Source of the DNA: Mizuhopecten yessoensis
Lineage: Eukaryota
Reading direction: 5' to 3'
DNA length: 64,000 nucleotides
Assembly (NCBI RefSeq): GCF_002113885.1
Contig: NW_018405113.1
Span: 573,356-637,355 of the forward strand
Numbering within the stretch: the stretch's first letter is position 1; every line of letters begins with the position of its first letter. Below are positions 25,584 to 36,829 of the stretch, piece after piece. The translations under genes were made by a program, and so were the position numbers. The notes below the pieces were generated by a model. It was given only the letters and a program-made list of their open reading frames with translations. It had not been told where the DNA came from and did not search any database.

Positions 25584-28500
25584 ATGGACATTCGGCCAAA
25601 TCAAACCATTTACATCAACAATCTGAATGAGAAAATCAAGAAAGATGGTAAGCATTACAAACAAGCCTCTTCAAGTGACAACAAGTGTCACCATAATAAA
25701 TCTTTAAAAATTCCAAATAAAGTAAGCGACATCAGAAGATATGTTGTTAATATGCCTCTATACCAAATTTCAATTGAATTTTTATGATCGGTGATGCGGC
25801 ACAGGATGTGCGTATTGACCTGTACAGTTAACAAAGCGTCACCAGACAAAATCTTTGAAAATACTTACTACAGTAAGTGACAACAAGTGATTGATAATAA
25901 AATGAAGTTGAATGCAGGATGTAAACCTATAGCTACGTAAGCAGCTGTTATGCAAAGATGATGTGGAAAATCAAAATCTAGCTAATTGCAACTACAAAGC
26001 TTATTCAACAACTATTAGTGGTTATTTATCATAAATTATATCAAGTCATTTGGATAAATTTGAAGATATTTTGATCTCATAAATAGTCATAATAATGTAA
26101 CACAAGGTTATTTCACACTTAAATTAGCTAAAAGATAGGGGGCTTGAATAATTTGAATTCAAAGATCAAACCTGTATCGGGTCAAAAACAGGCAGCAGCC
26201 CAAAATGTAAGTTCAGTTCTGATTTTGGCCTGTTCAAATTACCTATTTCTTATCGTTCTGATATATAATTTTACAAAAGTGTGTCAGTTAAAAAAGTCAT
26301 TTGGGCTGTTTGAATAGAAGTTACTGAAAAGCCTGCTACACACCCATAATATATTGTTATTTGAGAACTTTTTATGCTACAATGGTATCTGAACCTTGTT
26401 TTTTTAACTTTTTTTCAGACCTCAAGAAATCCCTCTATGCCATTTTCTCCCAGTTTGGACAGATTCTGGACATCGTAGCCATGAAGACACTGAAGATGCG
26501 AGGACAAGCGTTTGTTATATTTAAGGATATAAGCAGTGCGACAAATGCTATACGATCAATGCAGGGATTCCCTTTCTATGACAAACCAATGGTAAAATTT
26601 ATGATAATTAAATTGAACTGCCCGGTGCTTTGAGAGCTTGATGGTGTCGTTCAAACTGTTTGACACTTTAAACTCACTAGGTGGTATGACATGCATTGAT
26701 TGTTGTTGTTTTCATGCTCCAGATCGGTACTATGTTTGTGTCGTATGAGTTATCTGTAAGAAAACTTCTAGTCCCACAATCATGATTAAATGTGACTGAC
26801 ACACTGGTATTTAGCTTATCAAGCTTAAACATGGTTCGCACAGGTCTTGAAAACCCTTGAATTTGATGATTGTCTTGAAAAACCCTTGAATTTGATGATT
26901 GTCTTAAAAAAACCTTGAAAATGACTGTAAGCCTTGAAAACCCCTTGAAAATCAATGGGAGTCCTTGAAAAATCCTTGAAATTCAGAGAAGTTAGTTGGG
27001 TATACGTTTCTGTCATGTTAATTCAGTATTTTGTAAACATTCGTCACAAACAATAATTATTTTTAACACAGATTGATCGTCAAATTGCAGATCGTAAATT
27101 TTAATAATTCCGGAAAATATGTACCAATGAAGTTTCCGGTTTTACTTTTTCAATTTGTATCATTACTGCGTTTGAAATGAGTAAGTCTCATAGTTAAGCG
27201 CCAAAGTGACTGACGGTCATGCGCATTAAGAGTATTGTTAACATGAGGGTAACACGAACGCAAGTGTGTTTTAAACCGCAAATGGCTTCACGATCCCAGA
27301 TTGTTTTGGGTGATGGAGTTAAAGGGTGATAGGAGTCTGACTTCTGCTTTGTGCTCGCTGTGTAACAGAATTATCAATCTCGGCAAGATTGGGGAATGAC
27401 CTTACATCACATATAAAAGTCAAAAACACGTTAATTTTTTTCGGGGACCGCTTCCACTCGGCCTTTGACACTTTTTTAACAAACCTTCTACTTCAATGGT
27501 AAGTACATCGAGACCTACATCGACTGTTCCTAATCCAAATCCGAACACGGATGCCGATGACTTTCCGTCAATACCAGCCCCTCAAGGCCTTGTTGTTCAT
27601 TAAAATCGTTTGTTTATTTTTCAAAATTTGTCTTGAAAAAACCTTGAGAATTCCTTAAATTTTGAGGTCAAAAGTTTGTATGAACCATGTTAAACTTAGT
27701 ACATATATGGTTTGGGCCTTTTTTGGCCCCCAAATCCATCAAAATTAAAAATCTGCAAGAGAACTTTCAAACAAATGTTTCTTCAATTTTGAATACTTTC
27801 CCAGTGCTATTATGTTAACATTTATTTGTGTTTTCAGTTTTGGCTGCCAATGCTGCCATGGTAACCAGGTCATATTTGCATAAATTATTGAAATTTGATT
27901 ATTCAGTCAATTTTGACAGGTTTTCACCTAGTTTTTCTCTTAGCTACCATAGAGCGCACTCTTAAACAAACTTTATATTTCTCCTAAAGATGTATTACAG
28001 GTGCCTACACATTATCCTTTGATATTAATATAAGTTTGTTCAAACATGCGCTCTATAGTTTCTAGGAGGTAAACTATGCAAAATATCACAATATTCACTG
28101 AATATTTTTTCTCTCTATTTTATGCAAATTTAAACTTGTTATCATGGCAACAATAATTAGAAATATAAATAAATATTTTCATAATAGTATTTGGGAAGTA
28201 TTCAAAATTAAAGAAAGTAATTTCAAAGTTCATTTAAAAGTTTTTAATTTTGATGTATTTGGGGGCCAAAACAGGCCCAAACCATGCATAGTCCTTTGAT
28301 AAATAATTGCCACGTTTAAGAAACATGAATATGTCCCTTTTTAACAATAACATATAATTATTTAAATCAATACAATGGTTGTCTTAACATTTTTTAAGAA
28401 CTTGACATTTCTTATTCACTTGCTTTGTTTTCATTACAGAGAATACAATACTCCAAGAAAGACTCTGACATCATCGCTAAAATAAAGGGCACATTTGTTG

Positions 28501-30088
28501 AGCGACCAAAGAGAAAGAAGGAAGAAGAAGGTGAAGTAGCAAAGAAAACAAAGAAAAAGAGTGCTGCACAAAAGTAAGTTTTCACTAGAGATATATAGTT
28601 AAAACAAAATCTAAAATAGTCAGTTATTGAGTGACTTAACGCAATCAAATTTTGAGTGGTTAAATACATACTTCGAAGGGAGCCCCAAGGTCACAAGGCA
28701 GCACTGGAAATAAGAAATTAGTGCTACAAGAAGATACTGATCAACTTGTTAAGTTATGCAGTGATTTTCCAATGCTGTTGAGCATTCACATTCAGTTTTT
28801 GCAGTACTCCTTCACAGTTCACTGACATAAATTGTATTTGTTTGTGTTTTGACAGACAAGCAGCTGCTCCAGCTTTGCCTCAGGTACAACCTGTCCAACA
28901 GATGGCTCCACAAGTCCAGCCTGGTAGGTCTTAACTGAACTTTGTATAACGTGGAAAACGGGTCATAGTTTCAAGAAAATATTCATCTTATATGTAAATC
29001 TTCTCGGCTCGGAGATTAGATTATCAATTTAAAAAATCAAAGTTATTGTGAAACTACGGTTTAAATTAGAATTTTCCAAAGCAAAATTTTGTCTTCTATT
29101 TACAATCTCTGGAAACAGTTCAATCAAACTTAGTTTATTAGGAAATTTTGCTTCTATTAATCAGATTTTATTTTGGGATGGGCACTTCATGAAAATTAAA
29201 GTCATTATCAAGGAGAATTAGTAAAAAAAAATCGAGTCAGGGGAGACAAAAAGAAGTTAAGAAGAAGAGTTTAAGCTTTATTAACTACCTTTAACCACAA
29301 ACAGCTGTGTTTCCTTATAATGTGTGACAGTTTTTATGAATATATATTAATGTGATTTTAATTTTACAATTGAATGTAAATCTATCTTACATTTGTTTAC
29401 ATGTTAACTGATGTTCTTTGTGTCGACAGCCGCCGCTGCCCCACCAACAACTGCTGCCCCAACGTCAACGGCTATACCAGAACAACCACCCAACCAGATC
29501 CTGTTCTTGACCAACCTGCCAGAGGAAACCAACGAAATGATGTTGTCCATGTTGTTCAACCAGTAAGTTACCTATCAATAGTTGTTTGCTATGGACCATA
29601 CATCTTGACAATTTCTTTTCTGGAGTATGGTTTTCAAATTAAGACACTAACCTACATAAAATCTTTTAGAGTTAGAACAAATGTTCCCTGTACAAGTATT
29701 CAGTTCTACTGAGCTACACAATTCTGATACCACACAGGTAAACTATAATTCCTTTAATATGCATTGCTTTTTATACTTTTACTCTTATTGTCCCCTTAGA
29801 ACCTTTCAAAACGTTGTATTGAAATAGAAATGGCCATGTAGATAATTGTATTGCGTATGATATCATATGTAAGAACAAAATAAGTGTTACTAGTCCAATT
29901 GACTAATCCATTTTGATCATCCTTGTAGATTTCCAGGATTCAAGGAAGTGCGTTTAGTGCCAGGTCGACATGACATTGCATTTGTTGAATTTGAAAATGA
30001 GGTTCAATCTGCTGCGGCCAAGGATGCTCTACAGGGCTTCAAGATCACACCCAGCAACGCAATGAAGATTTCGTTTGCAAAGAAATAG
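25584..30088 (+). CDS. snf: U1A/U2B''/SNF family snRNP protein (two RRMs), 243 aa, complete
   Basis: Exons 25584-25647, 26419-26591, 28440-28573, 28856-28923, 29430-29562 and 29929-30088 total 732 nt, all GT-AG with consistent phases. RRM1: [56 protein letters not shown]...[17 protein letters not shown]2: [47 protein letters not shown]...[21 protein letters not shown] is the SNF-type signature rather than vertebrate U1A DILVSRSLKMRGQ. Confidence 0.97.
26830..27689 (+). mobile_element. Internally deleted hAT-like DNA transposon (hAT5-like, 5-bp TSD) in the SNF intron between coding exons 2 and 3
   Basis: TTAAA|CATGGTTCGCACA...TGTATGAACCATG|TTAAA, with subterminal CCTTGAAAA repeats at both ends. 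The internal remnant 27262-27429 translates as [17 protein letters not shown]...[27 protein letters not shown], a BED-like zinc finger interrupted by a stop and a frameshift. Confidence 0.8.
27707..28285. mobile_element. Foldback MITE (near whole-length inverted repeat) in the same SNF intron
   Basis: Ends ATGGTTTGGGCCTTTTTTGGCCCCCAAATCCATCAAAATTAAAAA and TTTTTAATTTTGATGTATTTGGGGGCCAAAACAGGCCCAAACCAT. Inner arms also pair, e.g. ATAGAGCGCA/TGCGCTCTAT and TTTGCATAAA/TTTATGCAAA. Confidence 0.85.
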
Positions 30089-30615
30089 AAAAAGAAAAAG
30101 GACAAATTGGTGCAAACAATTGTGTGTTAATGGTGTGTGCATGAATGTGTTAGACAGCGACGTGTGAATGCAGTGTTAGAAAATGAAATTAAGAATTCTG
30201 TTTATGGACGAATCTAGTTTAATAGCTTCTCAAATCAGGGATGTCTTCATTTGAAAACAAAATTTTCAACTCGAACATAACTTGTTTTAAAACTACTACA
30301 TTTGTGTCTTTGAATATTTGCAGATCAAATCTGCTTACTTCTACTTCAGACAGATTTGTTTTTCAGTATCAGGATAATATTTGTGCACTCTGCTTTACCC
30401 AGTACGGCTATTAAAAGGTATAATTCCTCCAACTGAAATGCAATTGTTTTGAGAACAAAAAGTGAATCAAATAGAAATTTTATGATACATATTTTGGTTT
30501 GAATTATGAATTTTTAAATGTCTTCCATTGCATTACAACAGATATAATCAGCAATCATCTTTTTTATACATATTTCAGATATCATTGTCCGTTTATTTCA
30601 TTTATTCTCTTCAAT

Positions 30616-30955
30616 CCAGCATTGCATTTTAGCTGGTTGTTTCCATTTTTGATTTTGGATACAATTTGTTTTTGTACAGTGAAACCTGTTTGTTTTGGAC
30701 ATGCCTAGTAATAATCATGTTTTAATACATGACTTTGTGAAAATCTTTGTACAGTTGTAGTACTAGGGCCATAGAACAGAGGATGTGAAACACTATTTCG
30801 TTAGTTAGCTGGCAAGTACCCTATTCTGATGTCTCCTCCTCCTCTCAGAAGAGCTATTGTCATCTAGATGTCGCGGCTAAACAGGTATCACTGTCATTAT
30901 ACAGCATTGCACACAGGCTGTTTCCTTGTTGACCTCCGGCATTGCACCAGGCCGG
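30616..30955 (+). promoter_or_regulatory. Three U1 stem-loop II-like hairpins (putative SNF/U1A binding sites) in the SNF 3' UTR
   Basis: CCAGC-ATTGCATTTTA-GCTGG (30616-30636), ACAGC-ATTGCACACAG-GCTGT (30901-30921) and CCGGC-ATTGCACCAG-GCCGG (30936-30955). Each has a perfect 5-bp stem, a C-G closing pair and AUUGCAY at the 5' side of a 10-11 nt loop. Confidence 0.75.
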
Positions 30956-31071
30956 TACTGTTGTTGTATTTGATGGCCGTGTTGTGCTGGACATTACCAG
31001 GTATCCCTAGCCTTGCACCCTAGTCGGGGGTGTCTAGTAATGTACAGACGACATTGGGTCACAAGACTACT

Positions 31072-31112
31072 AATAAATGTGAAACAAAAACATCACCTTT
31101 TTCGTGTTTTTC
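31072..31112 (+). terminator. Poly(A) signal of the SNF gene
   Basis: AATAAA at 31072-31077, upstream TGTA at 31041 and a downstream U/GU-rich tract (TTTTTCGTGTTTTT) at ~31098-31111. Confidence 0.65.
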
Positions 31113-31882
31113 CTCAATAGTCCATCAAGATGATACATGGTATTATGTGTCTGTCTATTCTTAAATAGTATTCTCATCCAGATCGTGGCATCTTATACAT
31201 GCATTATTGACATACTAGACAAAGAGTCAGGGTCACAAATTGTGGTCAGAGTTTGAGTCGCTTTGATTTTATAATGTCTTAACTAGAAATTTCATACCTT
31301 TATGCATTACTTCATTATAAGTAAAATTCTTAATGAATTTTTAGCATTGAGAAAAACAATGTACATTTGTGTGTCAATCTGCCAATAATAAGAATTGAAC
31401 ATTTTGACAATATTTATCAATATCAAACTATTTATATGGTTCATTTAGATAAAACAATAAATTTAGTATTAAGACTCAAAACTACACTATGAATATGCAG
31501 ATAGAAGGATGATTAAAAAAAGAGTTATTTCCCTTTGGCAATAAGCCTTTAAAATTGGGTACTGGCCATCAAAGGATGACTAAAAACGATCCTGTTAAGG
31601 TCAGGAAATTGTGTGAAAATTCATAACATTCTTTTCAATTAACTTTTGCAATAATATACTGAAAAAAATTTGCTTCAAGGCAGTTAAAACATCCTTTACA
31701 ACTTGGAAACTCTATCTGTAGAAAAAAAATGGATCTTACTGATTTTGTGCTTTCCCACATATTGAAAGATATTAAAAATACATTGTCATTATCATTATAA
31801 GTGGTTCATAGCCATCCTCGTTACTCCAGAGGTTTCACACACTTTTGCTCTCTGCACCCCTGGACTAGGTCATATCAAAATC

Positions 31883-31952
31883 GAAGACTGCGGCTGCCTT
31901 GTGGATGAGACGAGAAGACTGCGGCTGCCTTGTGGATAAGACGAGAAGACTG
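31883..31952. repeat. 31-bp direct repeat, ~2.3 copies
   Basis: GAAGACTGCGGCTGCCTTGTGGAT(G/A)AGACGA twice, followed by a partial GAAGACTG. Confidence 0.85.
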
Positions 31953-32723
31953 GGTTGATTTTTTGATGTATAACAAAAGATTCTCGCCCTCATGTAGCAG
32001 TAAAATTGATTGATTTTGAAGTCGGGTGTTTCTGTGGCTCCACTGTAATCTTCAAAGGACAGGTTGCTTTTAGAGATCCATATAGTCTAGATTAATGAGA
32101 TTCGGCTTGTTGTTTTCTTGGTTAAATGTCTATAAAGAATGTTCAAATGAATTTCCTTGATCCATTTTCAAGAGTGCAGAAGTCAAATTTCTTGTTTTAA
32201 ATACCTTTAGGGTGTGAGTAACAATATTTGTCCTATAGGTTGTTTAAGCAAAGGGCTATCAAGTATTCAAACGAATGACTTGGCATATTTTCAAGGTCAA
32301 ATGTATTAATACATAATTTTTTTTTAAATTCCTATAAAGATCTATGCGGTCTAGAGTAATAGTATTTGGCTATCAAGCTTAAGTGAGTGAATTTGGTCAC
32401 GGAAGTGGTGTTAAAAAGCATATTTTGAGCTATGCAGGAACATTGAGCCTCTTGTTTGGTGATGATTTGTGATAGTCATACATTTGAGTTACTGTTGGAA
32501 GTTTTGTGTTTATTCACATCCAGGTGGAATGAGGTGTGATGAGAATTTATCTGATGGACCTTTTCTCTAGATCACTCCTATTTGGCTTTATGGAAACATT
32601 TTCTAACAATGTACATTTTGTTGTTGCAATAATGCGAGTTTAACAGCATTTATTTATTGATTATTTTGTTTACGAGGTTATTGAAAATGAATGGGGAAAG
32701 GATGGTAAAAGATGATAAAAATT

Positions 32724-32795
32724 AGGGGACACCCGGGTTCGAACCAGGGACCTCTCGATCTGCAGTCGAATGCTCTACCACTGAGCTATATCCCC
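32724..32795 (-). tRNA. trnC-GCA: tRNA-Cys (anticodon GCA), intronless
   Basis: Reverse complement GGGGATATAGCTCAGTGGTAGAGCATTCGACTGCAGATCGAGAGGTCCCTGGTTCGAACCCGGGTGTCCCCT: a 72-nt cloverleaf with intact A and B boxes and U73. A T5 Pol III terminator follows at 32717-32721. Confidence 0.97.
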
Positions 32796-33811
32796 CTTGA
32801 TTGTTTCACGACAAATAAAATTATTTATAGACAGTTGAAATTACTGTTATTATTTTGCTTAACTACAAGCTACATTTAAGAAAATCCGTAATAAGTATGT
32901 CACCAGAAAGCAGATTATACTACTGAGAGAACTATTAACAAAGCCTACTGAATGCTGACGTGGCATCAATATATTAAGCCAAAGTGGGCGTGTCTCGAAG
33001 AAAACTACTCCACAACTACGAGTTATCCCCCTTACTCTGTGTGTTTAAAGCTTCGCCGTGAAGTCACCAAAATATTTTAAACGGGAAGAACTGTGTATTG
33101 TAACCTTTTGTGATGCATCTGTGCAGTCAGAGGCGACCTTCAAATATGTCTGACCTGTAGGCCCATGGCGATTCCCTGGTGCTAATTTCTTTTTGGTACA
33201 CATCTTTCCAAAAATATTTACTCTTTATTTAGAATGTATATCTTTAAGTGCATGTGATGTCATCTAGTGAACTGATAAAAGTGTTCAGCGTATTATTTTA
33301 TCATTTAACATTAATTACAACATCATTAAGAATTACATCAAGAAACAATCGCAATTTGGTTAACTCGAGTATCGTTCTATATATTCGCGTTCCATTTCAA
33401 AAACCTAAACAAGACATCATGCGGATTAAAATAAAACTACTTTTAATATTTAAATTGCCGATAATTTTACAATACTTAATTCATTTTAGGCATGTGGCGA
33501 TATTCATCCAGTTCATATTAAAACATGTTAAAATGGTTGAATAAAATGTAAATACATTATTTAATAAAAATAAAATCGGAATAAAGATAAACCTGTTATT
33601 GTGACATTCTATTTTTTGTTGTTTTGAGGAATGTTCGTGTCTTTTAAATACATAAAATGTCAATGCACTGCATATTAATTAAACTAAATGGGATATTCAT
33701 GTATCACAGATATGACAAGGCATTAAATCATTGATGCATGGCATTACCTAACAAAACATACCATTGTTAAAAGTTGCACTAGTTCAAGGGCAATGCAGAC
33801 ATGCTCATTAA

Positions 33812-33894
33812 CTCATTCACCCCTGAAGACACATTTGAACTCTTCCAATTCAAAGGCTGGAATAGTTAATTATGAAATTTCAGGGGTGAATCAG
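33812..33894. mobile_element. 83-bp MITE with TTAA-like flanks (piggyBac-like), copy 2
   Basis: TTAA|CTCATTCACCCCTGAA...TTCAGGGGTGAATCAG|CTAA. Homologous to 10119-10201. Confidence 0.78.
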
Positions 33895-36183
33895 CTAACA
33901 AAGCACGTGTAGCATTTATGTTTGTTTTGTATGAAGAACTTCAATCCACTTATAATGCTTTGATTTACAGTTTGTCCGCTATTACTGAACAATGTATCAG
34001 TCAAATGCTGAAGTTATACCTGTCGAGTCAATTCATTAAGGACGTGGAATGAAATATATATTGTACCTTATTCTAGTGCAGGTATGATTCCAATTCACAT
34101 AAACATTAATTAATACAATTAGCGAAATGATTAAAATATACACGGTCATTTAGTTACCATATGATTTATTACTGTAGCAATAACGTTTTACCGGTCACGC
34201 GTTGTATTAAATCACAGAAATAGATCGGGCCTCAATGTTCCCGAAGTTAACTGTAGTTCTTTTAATGTTTCCATAGGTGAGCATTATAAGAGTTAATACA
34301 AACTGTTGTCAGACTACGGCCAGGTGTATCACTGAACACTGTATGAAACTCTTTTTCGATTATCGTTATAATTAAAATCTTTCTTATATATATAGGACCG
34401 CTATTATAATGGTTACAGGTGATACAGAAAAAATGGCTGCTCTCGATGATTTTGTAAACATAGTCATACATAAACATACAAAGGAATACATGTTTAAATT
34501 CATTTATCAAAAGACTGCCATTTTCTACGAATGCTGCCATCCCAAACATTTTGAGATTTATGCCATTTTATAAAACCCTAGTGTGACTTGACGTCATGTG
34601 ACGTAGCAGTGATGACAAAAATCATACTCGTCAAAAATTGCGACGTCGAAGATTTCACGATGGTCCGAGAAAACGTTTCTTTTCGTAGATATCATTAACT
34701 CGAGGGAAAAGCGATAAAAACATATTGGATTTGTTTGAATTTCATACTGATATTTATGAATCTTGTTCAAAGTTTTGTTTTCTAGCCCAAGAGAGAGCGT
34801 TGCTGAAATGAAAACACCTGTATTTGTTTCGTAAATCTCCCATGGAACAGAAATTCATTTAAATTCCCGCAATATACATTTTACAACCAACATGCGACAT
34901 CACTTTTGATTGTTTTCACCGCTAATAGAATTCAAGTCATTATTCTAAATTGTACAGACGAAAAAAAAATGTTTACGTTGAAAAGTTCATGTTCCTTTTG
35001 TGTTTTATAAACATAATATCCCTACATAACATTTTATTTCATGCTTTATCTACATAATGACACCGTAATTAATTTAATAATTTAATACAACAATAACATG
35101 TTTTCCTAGTTATCGCGCGACGGTTAAACATATGTATTAAAATAATTAAAAATATTGCTACCACATCCTATAACATGTTTTGTCATTGGGTTGTAACATA
35201 TTTTTAAATGTGTAATTAAGTTAACGAATGTTGATACACATGCGTCTCATTAGTGTACAGCAGGTGGTCGTAGTTACGTTATATACGGACATGTCATTTT
35301 CTACCTGCCCCGTACTTCCTACCTGTACGTCAGCATGGACTGGGAGCGACAGCTAATTGTTTATCTAATAGGCCACGGAATTAGATTAGATTGCTATCCA
35401 AGTCCGTTGATAAACAAACGTCATACCATCACTTAACCAAAACAACGTTATTTTTTTTGTAGGCTGTTTATATCTTTATCAGCCGATGGTAAAGATAATT
35501 TATTAAGAGTGGTTGAAAATATTTAACTCATATATATCATTACATGTAATTGATGAACGGTATTTAAAGTTGTTATTGGCTGTTGTCTGTGTATTGATGG
35601 GGGCACAATACACCCATCAGATACATACACCTATATATCAATGTTCATATGTGTTACCGCATGTCAAGCCGGTTAAAGAAATTAGTGATACATGTATTGG
35701 ACGATAACTTTTTGTTTTCAAAAAGCAGATTAGTTTGTATTGAAAAAAATAAAGTAATAGGCTGAATAAATGACTTTGAACAAGGAAAGGAACCTAGAAT
35801 TTCGAAAAATAATATTTTTTTGGCCACAAAGGAAGAACTACTCTCCAGTGTGAATACAAGATGGTGTTAAAACTTGTTCTTATTTCTTCTGTTGTGCTAG
35901 CGACAGAAAGTTCAGTGTATTGCAGTACATGTACTTATCTATTGTCAGATATTTCTTCATAATACCGATTATTTTGACCTGTCTTACGTAAATAATCAAC
36001 CTTACACCGTATCCAAAATAAAACGACCGTATATAGTAGGTTGTATATCGTCGTTTCACTGAAAAGGATAAGTTCTAAGTCACATGTTGTATACACAAGG
36101 CGGAATAGGAGATCGAATTTCAAAATTCTAGATTTCCTTGTCCTCTGGTTCACTGTTCAGACATCACTACATACATGTAACAA

Positions 36184-36214
<31 letters not shown>

Positions 36215-36829
36215 TTTGAAAATTTGACATAAAGTTTAGATATTTTCATTGTTAAAAACGACGGATGTTCTTAAAAGTAACTTATTGGTGTCCAAGCAAT
36301 GAGGAAATATCTGTATGGCTACGGTAGAAATGTGACTACATAACCATGTTGTTTACCTGCGTAAACATGTACTTCTACGTCGTTAACTTAAGGACTGGGA
36401 CACAATGTAAACGTATAATGTAGCGCCGTTTGTTCTGGTATACAGTGAATATATTATATGTTCTCTTCTGGCATTAATGTCATGTGGTTAAAATACAAAG
36501 TGGTTTAAATTTATTGAGTATAAGACAAATAAAAACGACACAGCTTTTAGGATAACCCCGCAACATGATATTTTACTTAAAAAATCAATAAAATTTCAGA
36601 TTTCCCCCAGTTGGAAATAACCCTTGAATTTATAGGGAAACTCCTGGGTATTGAAACCATTCCGGATCAGTCATTGGTCTTTCTTCCATTAACGATATCC
36701 GGAACCACCAACACTATGAATAGTATAATCTTCAATAGCTCATAAAGATATTTTTTTATTTTGGAGTATTTATATTCTTGTGTGTATTATACCTATTACA
36801 GGTGCTTCCACGTGCACCCTATCCCAATA

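Noticed and set aside
26677-27016. Minus-strand ORFs with FKGFSR repeats
   Set aside because: Translations of the subterminal CCTTGAAAA repeats of the hAT-like element.
29972-29986. ATTGCAT in the last SNF coding exon as a further binding site
   Set aside because: It encodes the conserved DIAF of RRM2 and has only a weak 3-bp stem.
30525-30540. Additional CATTGCAT in the SNF 3' UTR
   Set aside because: No flanking stem could be formed, so it is not counted among the hairpins.
30890-31040. U1 or U2 snRNA gene or pseudogene
   Set aside because: No ATACTTACCTG 5' end, no other snRNA stems and no Sm-site context; only the SLII-type loops are mimicked.
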